In this document: in pieces, positions 41,501 to 53,600 of the stretch
Layout of the letters: every line of letters starts with the position of its first letter
Numbering within the stretch: the first letter of the stretch is position 1
Source of the DNA: Isurus oxyrinchus
Lineage: Eukaryota
DNA: 64,000 bases
Assembly: GCA_026770705.1 (NCBI GenBank)
Contig: JANJGN010000007.1
Coordinates: 97,340,001-97,404,000 of the forward strand
Direction: 5' to 3'
The notes under the pieces: generated by a model
Databases searched by the model: none
What the model was told of the DNA's origin: nothing
What the model saw: the letters and a program-made list of their open reading frames with translations, nothing else
Made by a program: the position numbers and the translations under genes

Positions 41501-44500
41501 TTAGATGCGATCAGGGCATGGGTTTGCATCTGGCAGATTATATTAGCGTACATATTGCAGAGGAATATTCGTGAGTAGGTTTATTGCCAAGTTGTATATA
41601 GTGTGCTGGGATCTGAGATAAAATAAGTCAAAAGAGAAAGTGATCTGAGCGCAATTGCGTATGGAAATTTAAATGTCTACAATCACTGTCAAGTGGTTGG
41701 AGCCAAAATTCAAGCATTGGTTTCTCTAACAGGGCCAAATCAAGAAAAGATTTATCAAATGTCCCTATCTTTTGTCCATCCTCATCTATCAGATCATGGC
41801 CTGTTCAGGATCATTTTTTTAAAATTCCCCTTTGTGTTTTCTGTTGAAAGTGATCATTTCCACATCAGAACCTTCCTCAGCCTCTAAGATCCCATTTTAA
41901 CTTCCAGCTTTTAAGCTGATGCTCTCTTTCTCTTTCCTTTCTTATTTCCCCCAGTGCTAACTGTAGCCAGTTCAAGGTGACTCAAAAGTCATAAGTATTG
42001 GGGCACTGGGTGAAAACATTCCAAAGAGCATTCGTAGGTTGGTATCTGGTTATGCTCATTTCTAGCTTAGAATGGCATAAACCTGAGGCGGGTGAGGGCA
42101 GAGGAAGCTAATTTTAATTGCATAATGACTGGCTGGACTGTGTACACGGAGATAGAGGACACATTTAAATGAATGAATGGGGCATGTCATATCCAGACAG
42201 GGTTGTTTTAGCTTGCATTATATAAGCCTTCTGCCAAAAGGCTCGGGCAGTAAGTGCATATTAGCTGCAAGTGCTTTAAAAGACCTGGGCTAGTTTCTAT
42301 AATCGGTCTATAACCAAGAATTATTGAGAACAAAAGGAAGCTATTTGGTCCATCGTGCATATGGAAACTCGTTTAAAAAGTTATGTATTTAGCCCTACTC
42401 ACCCAGTCTTCGCGTTGCCTCTTAAGAATTAGCCCTCCAAGTATTGATACAATGCCCTTTGAACGTTATTAGTCACTTTGCTTTCAGGCAGTACATTTCG
42501 GATCACAGGATCACAGCGTGGAATAATAATTTTCCACATGTCCTCTCTGCATGGCTGCCATCACTTCTGAGCCGTGTCCTCACCTTACCGACCCAGCTCC
42601 AATAAAACTGTTAATTAATTAAAGCACCTCTATAAATTAGATTGTTCATCATCTTTAATTCATGAAAAACATCTTACCTCCACTGGTCTCTCCAAAATTA
42701 AAATCCTATATCAGAGTTATCATCTGAGTAACATGTTCTACACTCCCTCTAACCCCCAACATCCTTCTGTAAACGCAATGCACAGACTTCGAATCCATAT
42801 TCCACATAAGAGCTAACGAGTGTTTGAAAAACATTAGACATAACTCCCTTTGCTTCAAACCCGTTTACTCTATTAGCAAAGCCACTGATCCCACGCTTTT
42901 ACAGTTTTCTGAACCTGTCCTACCGCTATGAAACAATTGATTATATCTACCACACCACTCTGATCGAGAGCACCATATAGGTTATATAACATACTTCATA
43001 CTGCCTCTTCACATTCTTGTCACCAAAATGCACCATTTCACATTTCTTCATTAAACTTCATTTTCTACGTGCCTACCTAATTTAACAATCGTCCTATGCA
43101 TGCCTGGAATCTGTTAATCGCTCCCTCACTGTTTGCTAATTTTCTGTTTAAGCTTATCTGCAAGTTTGATATTATACACAAGGTTGTGTCATTAACATGT
43201 GAAAAACATAGAGCTGTTCCTAATATCAACCATTTTGTAACACCAGTGCATGCCACTCTCAGTTTACCGATCGTTAGCAAAATGTATATCCAATGTGGCA
43301 CCTTCTCTTTAATCTCCCGGGTGTGAACTGTGCGAAGGTTACTTTAAGGAGCCCTACTGACGGTAACAACATATCAAATCAACTACACGATCTTCATTGA
43401 CCGTCTCAATTATTATAACGAATAATCCAGCAAGCTAACCGAACCCTATTTGCCTTTAACAGTTCTTGCTCACCTTCATTTATCTGCCCATGCTTTTCTC
43501 ATAAATGTCAACTAATTTTGTCCTGGAGCATTGTATTTAAAAAGGTTCGGCTGAGATAAGGCTGTCTTGCCTGCAGTCATTAACAGTACCCTTCATCTCA
43601 TTTATTTAAACAGAGGCGCAATACTTGCATTCATCGAAGCCCCTGATGTGACTCCAAAATCCAATGTTGTGATTAGGGACAGATCTGAAACTCAGCAGTT
43701 ACCTCAGAATAATGGGCTTGTACACAAAAGGCAAATGGAGCCCTAAACGGCAGATGGGATCTTGCCTGATATACCAGATGGTCAACATCATCGAATTGAA
43801 GTCAAATATCATTGCCTTAGGATAATGTTCTTTGTTTTAATTTCTGGAATTGGCACAGTATTTTTATTTGAATGCGTTTGGGTGTTTGCTGGTACAATGA
43901 TACAGAGAGAGAGGGAAGTACATATACATGGTAAAATCCACACGCATATAATCAGGGACACAGGATGAGCAAAGCTATATAATTATTCTTTAGGATTTGG
44001 GAATTATTCAAAATGAAAGTTGCTGATTGTCACACACAGATAGTTCATTTCTGAATTACCATTGATGCACGTTAGTAGAATAATGCTTCTCCAATAAAAT
44101 GTCAGGATGAAAGAAACCATTAAGATTCCTTCGTAGCTCCTTCAGGGAGGATAGATGCAAGGTGTTGGGTTGCCTGTGATGTTGACGTTGTTTCATATTT
44201 CGACACTTTTTTCTCTGTACAATGCGAAGGTGGTTATCCCTACACCTTGGTAACTGGATGTGCAGTCGGCGGGTTAATAATCCTTGTGCTGGCAATTCTC
44301 GTCATATGTTGGAGATTGGCCACGACTGAAGGTAAGTTCTGACACGATCTTAGTTCAGAGTTATCGTCTAATTGTTGTTTAACGTTTCAATAGCGGGAAA
44401 CTTCAAATGTCCAGGCTGGGATTGAGGTTTCCAGAGCACTCCCGATTGCATGGAGAGCAATTGCCCTTCCAGGCACAGTGTTGTGATGAGGGAGGGCGTA

Positions 44501-46256
44501 AAACGCAACACACCCACCAGAATAATTAAACACATTTCGATATTAAATCGAACGGTATTTCTGTTCTTTATGGGAACTAAACGTTCTACATTAAATATGA
44601 CTAAGGTTGGAGCAGAAGGAGGGTGCAACCTTCTGGTAAAAATCTTGAAGTATGTCATGCACTTAAGCAAGCTGTACAGTGGGCCCTAAAGCGTAATTCC
44701 ATTTGACGCTGGACTCATAATACCGAGGTCCAGAATAATTATTTTGAGACCTGGGTTCGAATTCCACCGCCAAAGATGGTGAAATTTGAATTAAGTAAAA
44801 ACCTGGAATTAAAAGCTCTGATGATAACCATGTAATCATTGTCGATTTAAAAAACGATCTTGTTCACTAATGTCATTTCTGGAAGGAAATCTGCCACCCT
44901 TGCCTGGCCTGACCCACACGTGACTCCAGACCCTCAGCAATGTGATTACCTCTTAAATGCCCCCTGAACAAGGGCAATGCCCATATTTCATGAACGCATA
45001 ACAAAGGACCCAGCAGCAAAACGGGTTGCGATTTTGGACTGAGGGCGCGTCTCGCCCCTTTGCTCAAATTTTGGGTAACTTTTGGCGGACTTGTCGCTCA
45101 TGTACTTCACGCTGACTTGCATTGTTCATGTATATTTCAAATAGGCACAGAGATTACAGAGAACATACCGAACCAGCTTGAGGAGCAGGTCAGTTTTACA
45201 CTGATGATACATTGAAATGCACTGAACGTCTACAGCATAGAGATAGCAATACTCCTGCGGCCTCAGAAAAGCTTCGACTTACGATGGAACAAGGGGCGAA
45301 CACTGCCAATCTCTGTTTCTTTTTCTCCCTGTCTTCTGCACCTGTGACATTGCGGTGAATGACTAATCAGGGCTACAGCGTTACTCATTTCACGCAATCC
45401 TCCTGTTCTCGCAGTAACCTGTGTTGATGTTTGCACCCTTTCAATATTAGTTGGACAGCTATCAAATGCGTGAAATATCCTACTCTAGCTCTAACCTGTT
45501 GCCATCGCCACTCCTGCCTTTAACGTTGTATGCGGACCCTCTGTGTTTTAACCAGGGCTGGCGCCTTGAGCGGAAACATCCAATCTGTGCGAAAAGCCAC
45601 TCAGGCCAAATGCATTTTCTGAAATTTGCATAGTCAAATTTTAGACATGCGTTAACAGGTCAGTAACACCACGAGTCATATATTGGCAATTATTGCATAC
45701 ATTGCAAGTATTTGGCCTAACAACATGGATAGCGCCTAAAGGGCTTCCACTAGCAATCAGTTCTACTTATATAAGTATTCTTAGATAGATAATGCTACTT
45801 AAAGCTCCGACCTACGCTAACCTACACTAAAAATGGTTACATCCTTATAAGGCATCTGTGGTATGTTTGTGGTTCTGTACCATGTTTATGTAATTTGATA
45901 TGCATCTAGTATTTCTCCAAAATCTCTCTTCAGGTTGTTCATGGAGAAGTGATGGGTAGTCCGCCTTATGCTGCTCTCAACCACAGCGAGCACGGAAATG
46001 CCTTGAAATCCAGATGTGTGGAAGGGGGCCCCATCCGTGTACAGGTACTTACGGAAATCATAACGCTCCATCCCAAGCATTAGCGTTCACTTTCTTGTCT
46101 CCAATGTCAGCAATGTGCATTCAGAATCTGGAACCAGTAGTTTGCGTAGAAGGTGCCACTGATCTTTCATTGTTGTTTTCACAGGCCATGCAAGATACAG
46201 GAGTTAAACTGACTTACGCGTCTCTAGATTTCTCCGCTTCCCAGAAAAGTGCATAA
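35514..46256 (+). CDS. Six-exon VJ-C1-TM-ITIM immunoglobulin-superfamily receptor (SIRP/NKp30-like), 294 aa; join(35514..35580,35757..36074,40783..41064,44230..44331,45145..45188,46185..46256)
   Basis: All introns are GT-AG with phases 1,1,1,1,0. Exon lengths 67+318+282+102+44+72=885 nt give one open frame, with domains in the expected order for a type I membrane receptor. Confidence 0.85.
35757..36074 (+). CDS. Exon 2, V-set Ig domain with J-like G strand
   Basis: Acceptor tcttttttttataacag-type tract ending at 35756; motifs VRQLP, SIYC, VYWRR, AELRL, DSGVYYC, GNGTELIV; phase-1 donor g|gtgagt. Confidence 0.95.
37425..38010 (+). mobile_element. Penelope-like 3' fragment in intron 2, with hammerhead-like motif at 37911-37949
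   Basis: IFRLGTLQPSGLNIEFNNFRS* followed by a terminal repeat nearly identical to the hairpin arms. Confidence 0.9.
38770..38875 (-). mobile_element. Short Penelope-related fragment with hammerhead-like motif
   Basis: Reverse complement reads gttCCGAAGAagagtcatattcgactcGAAAcgttaac. Confidence 0.6.
40783..41064 (+). CDS. Exon 3, C1-set Ig domain
   Basis: Acceptor tcctttttcag; C1 motifs ILCTTAGFFPKEINLTWYKN, GLYHVSSFL, YTCQVSHISL; phase-1 donor g|gtaaga. Confidence 0.95.
42320..43670 (-). mobile_element. Old CR1 3' half in intron 3
   Basis: Degenerate CR1 3' end and RT-like sequence. Confidence 0.65.
44230..44331 (+). CDS. Exon 4, transmembrane segment GGYPYTLVTGCAVGGLIILVLAILVICWRLATTE
   Basis: Not in the ORF track. 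It starts at the first AG after a polypyrimidine tract, has about 22 uncharged residues followed by WR, and ends at a consensus phase-1 donor g|gtaagt. Confidence 0.88.
44690..45000 (+). mobile_element. tRNA-derived SINE (resembles shark DeuSINE/SacSINE1 type) in intron 4
   Basis: B-box gggttcgaattcc at about 44753 and core gttcactaatgtc..ggaaggaaatctgcc..gtgactccagaccc. A related fragment lies at 54415-54530 (-). Confidence 0.7.
45145..45188 (+). CDS. Exon 5, short cytoplasmic exon GTEITENIPNQLEEQ
   Basis: tttcaaatag acceptor and cag|gtcagt donor. Its 44 nt convert phase 1 to phase 0, exactly as required to join the TM exon to the ITIM exon. Confidence 0.75.
46185..46256 (+). CDS. Exon 6, ITIM-bearing terminal exon AMQDTGVKLTYASLDFSASQKSA*
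   Basis: Strong acceptor ttgttgttttcacag, phase 0. LTYASL (46209-46226) matches the ITIM consensus (I/V/L/S)xYxx(L/V). Confidence 0.88.
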   Translation, partial: AMQDTGVKLTYASLDFSASQKSA

Positions 46257-47369
46257 AGGGAACAGAAGAAAATTGGGGCTGAGTATGCAGGGATCAAGAT
46301 AAACAAGCCAAACGGAGAATCTTTTGTTGTATGAGCAGTATCAATGTCCGGTGATGTTGCAATTACACCGGCCCTGCCATAATGGTGTCTGAATGCTGCA
46401 ATTAACAGTGTGTTGTTCATTGATCGTAAACGCATTGCCATGTATTGGACTTTGGATAAGCAGCATGAGATTTACAGACAGAAAGACACGGGTCACTGGA
46501 CATGTGCATATTGTTGAAATCTGAAATCCCTGTAAGATAAAATAATCAAAGAAGCACCTGTCAGTAAGATATAATAATTGTCCTAATATTACTGGAATTT
46601 ATCGTAAAATCGTGTAATAGCAGGATGTGCCTATTTGTGTGATTTAATGGAATTCGAGGCAGCTAGTCTGGTGCTTTGATGCAAAAAGCGAAGCTAACTT
46701 TGAAATGTTAATGAGGTAAACATGGAGAAGTTTGAAAACATAGATATCAAGGGGAAGGAACATTTACATTTTTAAATAAGCCAGAGTAGGTTGTTTTCAA
46801 AGGATGGGAGAAATGTTTCACCCAGCTAGGTGAAGTTTAGAAACAGTGTGTTTATTTTTCCCTAAGCTATGACAGGTGTTTTTTTATTATCAGGGTGATA
46901 AAGTCCAAGGACAAAGTGAAACGATTCGTATTTGCATTCAAAATGGAAGATGTCTATAAATGAGAGAAAACTGCTTACAAATGAAGACATTTTGAAGATC
47001 TTGCATGTATGAAAAAGTATTCAGCATCTTTGCCTTAAGCTGCTGTTTCCAGGTCTGAAGTGAAGGGAACTCACTTTGAATTCGACTTGCTCAGCATACC
47101 ATGCTTCTTTGCCTTGACATTTTAAAAACTATGTCTCTTATTGTCACCTTAACGAAAGTATAACTGGGAACTAGATTGATTAGGAGAATTTAGAATTTAT
47201 CATAGTAGTAATTTTTAGATCTATGATTGTATTTTACTTAATTATCTTACTAATATATGTTTAATTTACTTGTATCAAAAATATATATGACTTGGTGGTC
47301 TTATTACTACTGAATTCAATGTTCACCTTTCGAAATTTATGTGAACTGCAAAGCAAATTGTGGCAGTTC

Positions 47370-50300
47370 AGAGTCTGAGGAAAGTGTCCTGCAGCCAGTG
47401 TCGTGGTGAAGCAGTCTGGGAAGAGTGTACTGCAGTCATCATTGCTGTGAAGCAGTCTGGGAAGTGTGTCCTGCAGTCACCATCATGGTGAAGCAGTCTG
47501 GTATGAGTGTCTGCAGTCAGTTCTTATTGAAACTAACAAGAGTTGTCACAGGACAGCTCGAGAGAGTGGTGGAGAGGTTAGAGCCAGGGCTAGTGTGGGA
47601 AAAGTAAGAGTTCTAGTCTTTATTTAAAGTACATAAATAATTTAACATTTTTTCTACTGAATTTAAGTTAAAGTAAAGATCTTTTCAACCAGATTTATGG
47701 CATGGCAGAGCAGCTCAGCCCCGTGTTATGTACCACCTGCAATATGTGGGAAGGGCTAGATGCTCCTTACGCTCTGACCAACCACGTGTGCAGTAAGTGC
47801 CACCAGCAGCAGAAACATGAACTCCGAGTTTTGGAGCTTCAGCAGCAGTTGGAGGCACTGAGGTACATGCACAAGGCTGAGAGATTTGTGGATAGCACAT
47901 CTTTAGACATCGTCACACCTTATGGAAATGCAGACAGAGAGCGAATGGGTGACCATCAGACAGAAAAAACGTGTCAGTCAAGTGGTCACGGAATCCCCGC
48001 AGTGCATCTCCCTCGAGAACTGCTTTTTCTGTGTTGGAAAGTGATGAGATTGGCAGTTCCTCTGAGGAGTGCAGCTAAGCTCATGGAACTGACATTAGCT
48101 CAGCTGCACAGCAGGAGAGACAAACAGGGGAAGATCAATAGTGGTCGAAGACTTAATAGTAAGGGGAACAGACATGGTTTCTGCGGTCACAAATGTGAAT
48201 TCAGGAAGATACATTGAAAACCGGAAGGGCTAACAGATAGAGATCATGGTGCATATTGGTACTCACGACATCGACAGAAAGAGGAATGAGCTCCTGCAAG
48301 TAGAATTTAGGGAGTTAGGAAACAGAATAAAAAACATGACTTCAAAGGCAGTAATCTCTAGGTTTCTTCTGGTGCCACACACTAGTTACTATAAAAATAT
48401 GGTGTTAGCCGAGATGAATGTGTGGTGAAGAAATGGTATGGGAGGGAGGGCTTTAGATTTCTGGCGGATTTGGGAACTTTTCTGTGGGTGACGTGGCCTT
48501 TACAAGGTGGATGGGTTGCACCTGAACCAGAATGGGACCAACATCATTGTGGGGAGGTTTTCTAGTTGTGCTGGTGAGATTTTAAACTAACTTGGCAGGG
48601 GGTGGGACCCTGATAGGAGGGATAGCAGGGGGAGATGCACAGCCAAAATTAGAAGGGAGAGTGAGTGAGTCTGGAAGCCATAGAATTTAGAGATCAGCTA
48701 AGGCACAAGGTAGTTTGGCAGGGTTGGATGGTGTTTATTTTAAGGCAAAGAGTCTGACGAATAAGGCAGATGCATTGAGGGCAAAAATTAACACATGGAA
48801 GTGTGATATAATTGACGTAGCAGAGATATGGTTGAGAGAGGGACAGGAATGGCAGCTCAATAATCCAGGTTTTCGGTCTTCAGGTGAGATAGGGAAGGAG
48901 GTAAAAGAGGATGGGGTATTACAATATTGATCAAAGAATCAATTAGAGCAGAAAGGAGGGATGACATCTTAGAAGGCTCCTCAAATGAAGCCATATGGAT
49001 AAAGCTTAAAAACAAGAAAGGGGCAATCACATTTCTGGGGGTGCACTATAGGCCCCCAAACAGTGACAGAGGAATAGAAGCGCAGATAAGTAGCCAAATT
49101 TCAGAGGAGTATAAAAATGATAAGGTAGTAATACGAGGGTGGGGGAGTGGTGGGATTTCAAGTTCCCCAATATTTACTGAATTAGTCATATTGTGATAGG
49201 TTTATAGGGAGCGGAACTCTTAAAATGCAACCAGGAGAGCTTTTTAAGCCGGTACACAGAAGGTCCTGCAAGAGAGGGGGCTGTCCAGGGCTTCATTTTA
49301 GGAAATGAAGCTGGGCAAGTGGTAGAGTTATCAGTGGGGGAGCACTCTGCAGATAGTGATCATATCTCTGTTACATTTCAGGTTTTTATGGAAAAGTACA
49401 TGAATGGATCAGAAATCACACTTCTGATTTGGGGGCAGGCCGATTTTAATAAGATCAGATATGATTTGGCCAGATTGTACTAGGAGTAGCTAAGTTCAGG
49501 TAAATATGCTTCAGAGCAGTGGGACTCATTCAAGAAGGAAATAAGGAGAGTACAGGGCCAACATAGTCCAGTAAAGGCAAAGTGTGGGACCAACAAATCG
49601 AGGGAATCCTGGATGTCGAGGGATATACAGGATTGTGTAAAGAGAAAAATGGAGGCTTATGGCAGATTCTGAGGGCTCAAAACAGCGGAGCCATGGAGGA
49701 GTATAGACTGTGTAGTGGGGAACTTAAAAAGCAAATTAGGAAATCAAACAGGGGGCATGAAAAAATATTGGTAGGTAAAATAAGGGAAAATCCAGAAGTA
49801 TTCTACAATTACATTAAGAATGAAAGGTTAACTAGGGAAAGATTAGCGCCCAGTAAGGACCATTGCGGTAAATTGCGTGTGGAACCAGAAGAAGTAGGTA
49901 GGGTTCTACATGACTACTTTGTGTCAGCGTTCACAAATGAGGGGGAAATCATGCAGTAGGACTCGGATATAACTGAAGAAATTAACAGAGAAAAGAAGGA
50001 GGTTTTAAGTAGTCCCGCACAATTTAAAGTAGGTAAATCTCCAGGCCTAGATAAAATGTATCCCAGACTTTTGAGTGAGGCAAGAGAGGAGATAGCAGGG
50101 GCGCTGGCCATAATTTCCAATGCCTCTCTGACAACAGTTCAGATGCCAGAGGAATGGAGGGCAGCCAAAACTATACTGTTATTCAAGAAGTGAAGAAGGG
50201 ATAAACCAGCGCCAGTCAGTCTAACCTCAAAGGTGGGGAAATATTGGAAGCAATTCTGAGGGACAGAATTAAACTACACTTGATGAGGCAGGAATTAATC

Positions 50301-50520
50301 AAGGACAGTCAGCATGGTTTTGTTAAGGGGAAGTCACATCTGACCAATTTGATTGAACTTTTCGAAAAGTTGACCAGGTATGTATACGAGGGCAATGCAT
50401 TTGTTGTAGTCCACTTGGGCTTCAGCAAGGATTTTGACGAGGTCCCGCATTGAATGTAAGAGTCCAGGGGATACAAGGCTATATGCCTAGTGCTGGGAAA
50501 TGGGATTAGAATAGTTAGGT
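47370..50520 (+). mobile_element. CR1 with 5' UTR, ORF1 (zinc finger, coiled coil, esterase) and APE-RT; internally deleted
   Basis: CTTCNMWE..CSKC, VHIGTHDI, GVHYRPPNS, SQHGFVKGKS, DFDEVPH, then a jump to 3' UTR-like sequence. Confidence 0.9.
47380..47519 (+). repeat. About 41-bp tandem repeat, 3.4 copies
   Basis: Unit gaagtgtgtcctgcagtcaccatcatggtgaagcagtctgg. Confidence 0.85.
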
Positions 50521-53500
50521 ACATCCTCTTCATCTCAGTATTATTTGGGAGAGTCCATATTTTAAATTTTGCTCCCTTGTTCTTGATGTCCCAGGAAGGG
50601 AAACATCCTCTCAGCATCCACACTGTCAAATCCATACTTAACCTTATGTATTTCAGTAAGGCTACCTGTCATTCCCATGAACTTCAAATAGCATAGACCC
50701 AGCCTGCATAACATTTCCTCATAAGGCAACCCATTTATCCAAGGAAACATTGGAATAGCATTCTGTGAAGGGCTTGCAATATAATTAATCTCCTTAAGCA
50801 AGGAGACTAAAACACTACACAGTGCTTCAGATAAGGCCTCAAGAAAACCCTTTTCACAGCTAACACTTCCATGCTTTTAAAGTGCGTTCCCCTTGCAAAT
50901 AAGGCCAACATTACAATTAACTTCCCAATCTCCACAACTATCCATGTTTTTCGCCAACCTTTCTGGAATAGAGGTGTTACATTTTTCTGTTCTCAGATTG
51001 GGTAGATTGTGTCAAGAATCCAGCTAAGTTGGTAAATTACAAAAATGAATACCTAAGTTCTGCAACCATTTCTTTTGAACCCCATGATTCAGACCATTAG
51101 GTCAAGAGGACTTGTCAGCCTTCAGTCCCATTCGTTATCCCAAATCATTTTCCCTAGTGATCATGTTTCTTTAAAGAGTAAGACGAGTTTCCCACGAATT
51201 TATTTTTGAATTTATTAGTGAAAATATTTCATTTATGACCTCTCACGTTTGTCTCACCCACAAGTGCAAGTGTGTCGTCGATGTTTACCCTGTTAATAAT
51301 TGATTTAACATTAAAGATATCGTCTACCTGATCATCTGTCAGTTTTAAAATCACAGAATAGGAACAAGGGTAGGTCATGCAATACGACTATTGCTGATCT
51401 TCTACGTCAGGTCCACCTCCCCTGCATTGTCCAAATACCCATTCCTTTCGCTCCCCAGATTCTAGCCATTGATGGTTTGAATACGTTCAGTGATGATGTA
51501 TCAACATTGTTTCGGGTAGAAATTCCCAAGATCCACAAACTTTCGAGTGCATAAATGTATCTCCCCCTCAGTACCTCATGGTCTTACTCTTATTCTCCAA
51601 CAAGTAGTTCTAGATTAGCTAGCTAGGGAAACAACCACCCGACTATATTAAGTCCCTTAAAAATGCTACATGCTTCACCAAGTTCATTCTCGTTCTGTTA
51701 CACTCTAGAGAGTTCAAAAAATTTGACTAAATCACTCCTCATAGGACAATGCCCTATCCTAGCAAGCAGTCAAATGAACATTCTTTGTACTGCCCGGGAC
51801 AGGTGTATTCTTCCTTAAATAAAGGGAAAATGTACGGGATCTCCCTGAGGCCCTAAATACTGATATAAACAATCCTGCGCTCTTATCTTGCAACTAATTC
51901 GTAAAAACTAACAACATTGATAAGCAACTATAGTGATTGCTCCCTGCGCTATCATGTTTCTTTGATTCGTGCACAACAGCTATGCAGATCCCAGTGAATA
52001 TCAACATATCCCAGTTTCTCTTCCTTCCACAGTTTCCAACCTGTCCACAAGCATTGCCCGGACCTCCCTATCGCTTGCCATTTCAACACTCTACTCTGCT
52101 CCCATGCCCACAAGTCCGTCCTTGGCTTACTGCATTGTTCCAGTGAAGCTCAACGCAAACTGGAGGAACAGCACCTCATCTTCCGACTAGGCACTTCCGG
52201 ACTGAATATTGAGTTCAACAATTATAGATCATGAACTCTCACCTCCACTCCCACCCGCTTTCCAATTCCACCCCTCCCCACTTTTTCCAATATTTTATAT
52301 AGATTTTTTTATTTTCCCACCTATTTCGATTATTTTTAAATTGATTTCCATCCATTGTTCTTTCTCTACCTTTTAGCCTTTTTTGATTCCTTCACCCCAC
52401 CCCACCCCACTAGGGCTACCTCTACCTTGCTTGTCCTGCTTTCTACCCTTAATTAGTACATTCCTTCGATGATATCACCACCTTCAACACCTCTTTGTTC
52501 TTTTGTCTGTGACATCTTTTGGTGATCTCCACCTATCACTGGCCCTCTCTCAAGCTCTACTTGTCCCACCCCACCCCCCCCCCCCCCCCCCATCCCACAC
52601 TTAAACCAGCTTATATTTCACCTCTCTTTTATTTTTACTTAGTTCTGTTGAAGGGTCGTTCGGACTCGAAACTTTAACTGTATTCCTCTCCGCAGATACT
52701 GCCAGACCTGCTGAGTTTTTCCAGGTATTTTTGTTTTTGTTATCCCAGTCGCTCAATCATTATAATTTCTGCGTTTTTTGTTTCCTTCCAATTCGGTAAA
52801 CAAGGTTTTACTACGTTATACGCCAAATAGTAACTTCTCACCCATTAATTCAAGCTGCAATGATCCCTTTGGAGTCAGTTAGGCCTTTTATTAATGGACC
52901 AATTTCGCACCCATCTATGCATCATGAGGAAAATTGGATATGTCAAATTTGGTCCCCTCCTCTAAGTCACGAATAGAGGTTATAAGTAGCTGAAGCTGAC
53001 TCATGCAGCAGCGGTTTCCTACTCGACCATTAAAATGATTCCTAACTTTTGATTTATAAACCTTAATGAATTCTCAATCCTCGTTTCTACGAGCCTCGAT
53101 TTTTTATTCTAAAATCTTCTGGGGGAACGGCTGTTATTTTAATGCTTTTGCTTGAAAATCAAATACATGCTTCACTGCTTCCCAGTTACATGGCCTACAA
53201 TTTATGCCCTCAAAAGATAAATGGATTTTTCAAATCCACAAATTTTCGCTCATAAGCCCGTATGGCCTGCATAAGCATATGCTTTTCAAAATGCAGTGTT
53301 ACCATGTCCATAAAATATGTGCTGGTAGTTTATTTGCTCCTGATGCCAGGTCAATTAGTTTATAGCGCCCCGCTATTTTCGCTAGCACCTGTTTTGAATA
53401 ACGGTTTTAAGTTTGCTACCTAACATTCCAAGTGGAAGTTCCGGGAATAAAGGGAATATAGGGAAATCAAAACCAATCATTGCAGTCAACTTCTTTCTAA

Positions 53501-53600
53501 CGCCTCTGTGCAAGTCATTGGGTATACAGTATTTGTTAAATTTAAGTCTCATTAATTTCTGCATATAGTTTCATTACTAATAATAACAACTCTAAGTCTT
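50520..53600 (-). mobile_element. Decayed CR1 fragments
   Basis: GLPYEEMLCRLGL and degenerate CR1 3' ends. Confidence 0.65.
52016..52740 (+). mobile_element. Penelope-like 3' fragment with hammerhead-like motif at about 52641-52679
   Basis: Endonuclease C-terminus (caacgcaaactggaggaacagcacctcatcttccgact) plus terminal repeat; 9-bp TSD tatcccagt. Confidence 0.88.

Noticed and set aside
43762-43968. Alternative TM-encoding ORF (IMFFVLISGIGTVFLF)
   Set aside because: No convincing splice sites; 44230-44331 has a consensus donor and correct phases.
44690-44775. tRNA gene
   Set aside because: Only a B-box-containing SINE head; no cloverleaf.
46610-47366. Possible LTR remnant after the receptor's last exon
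   Set aside because: Composition is suggestive, but no matching termini or TSD could be identified.
47380-47519. CRISPR-like array
   Set aside because: Head-to-tail tandem units without unique spacers, in a eukaryotic LINE 5' end.
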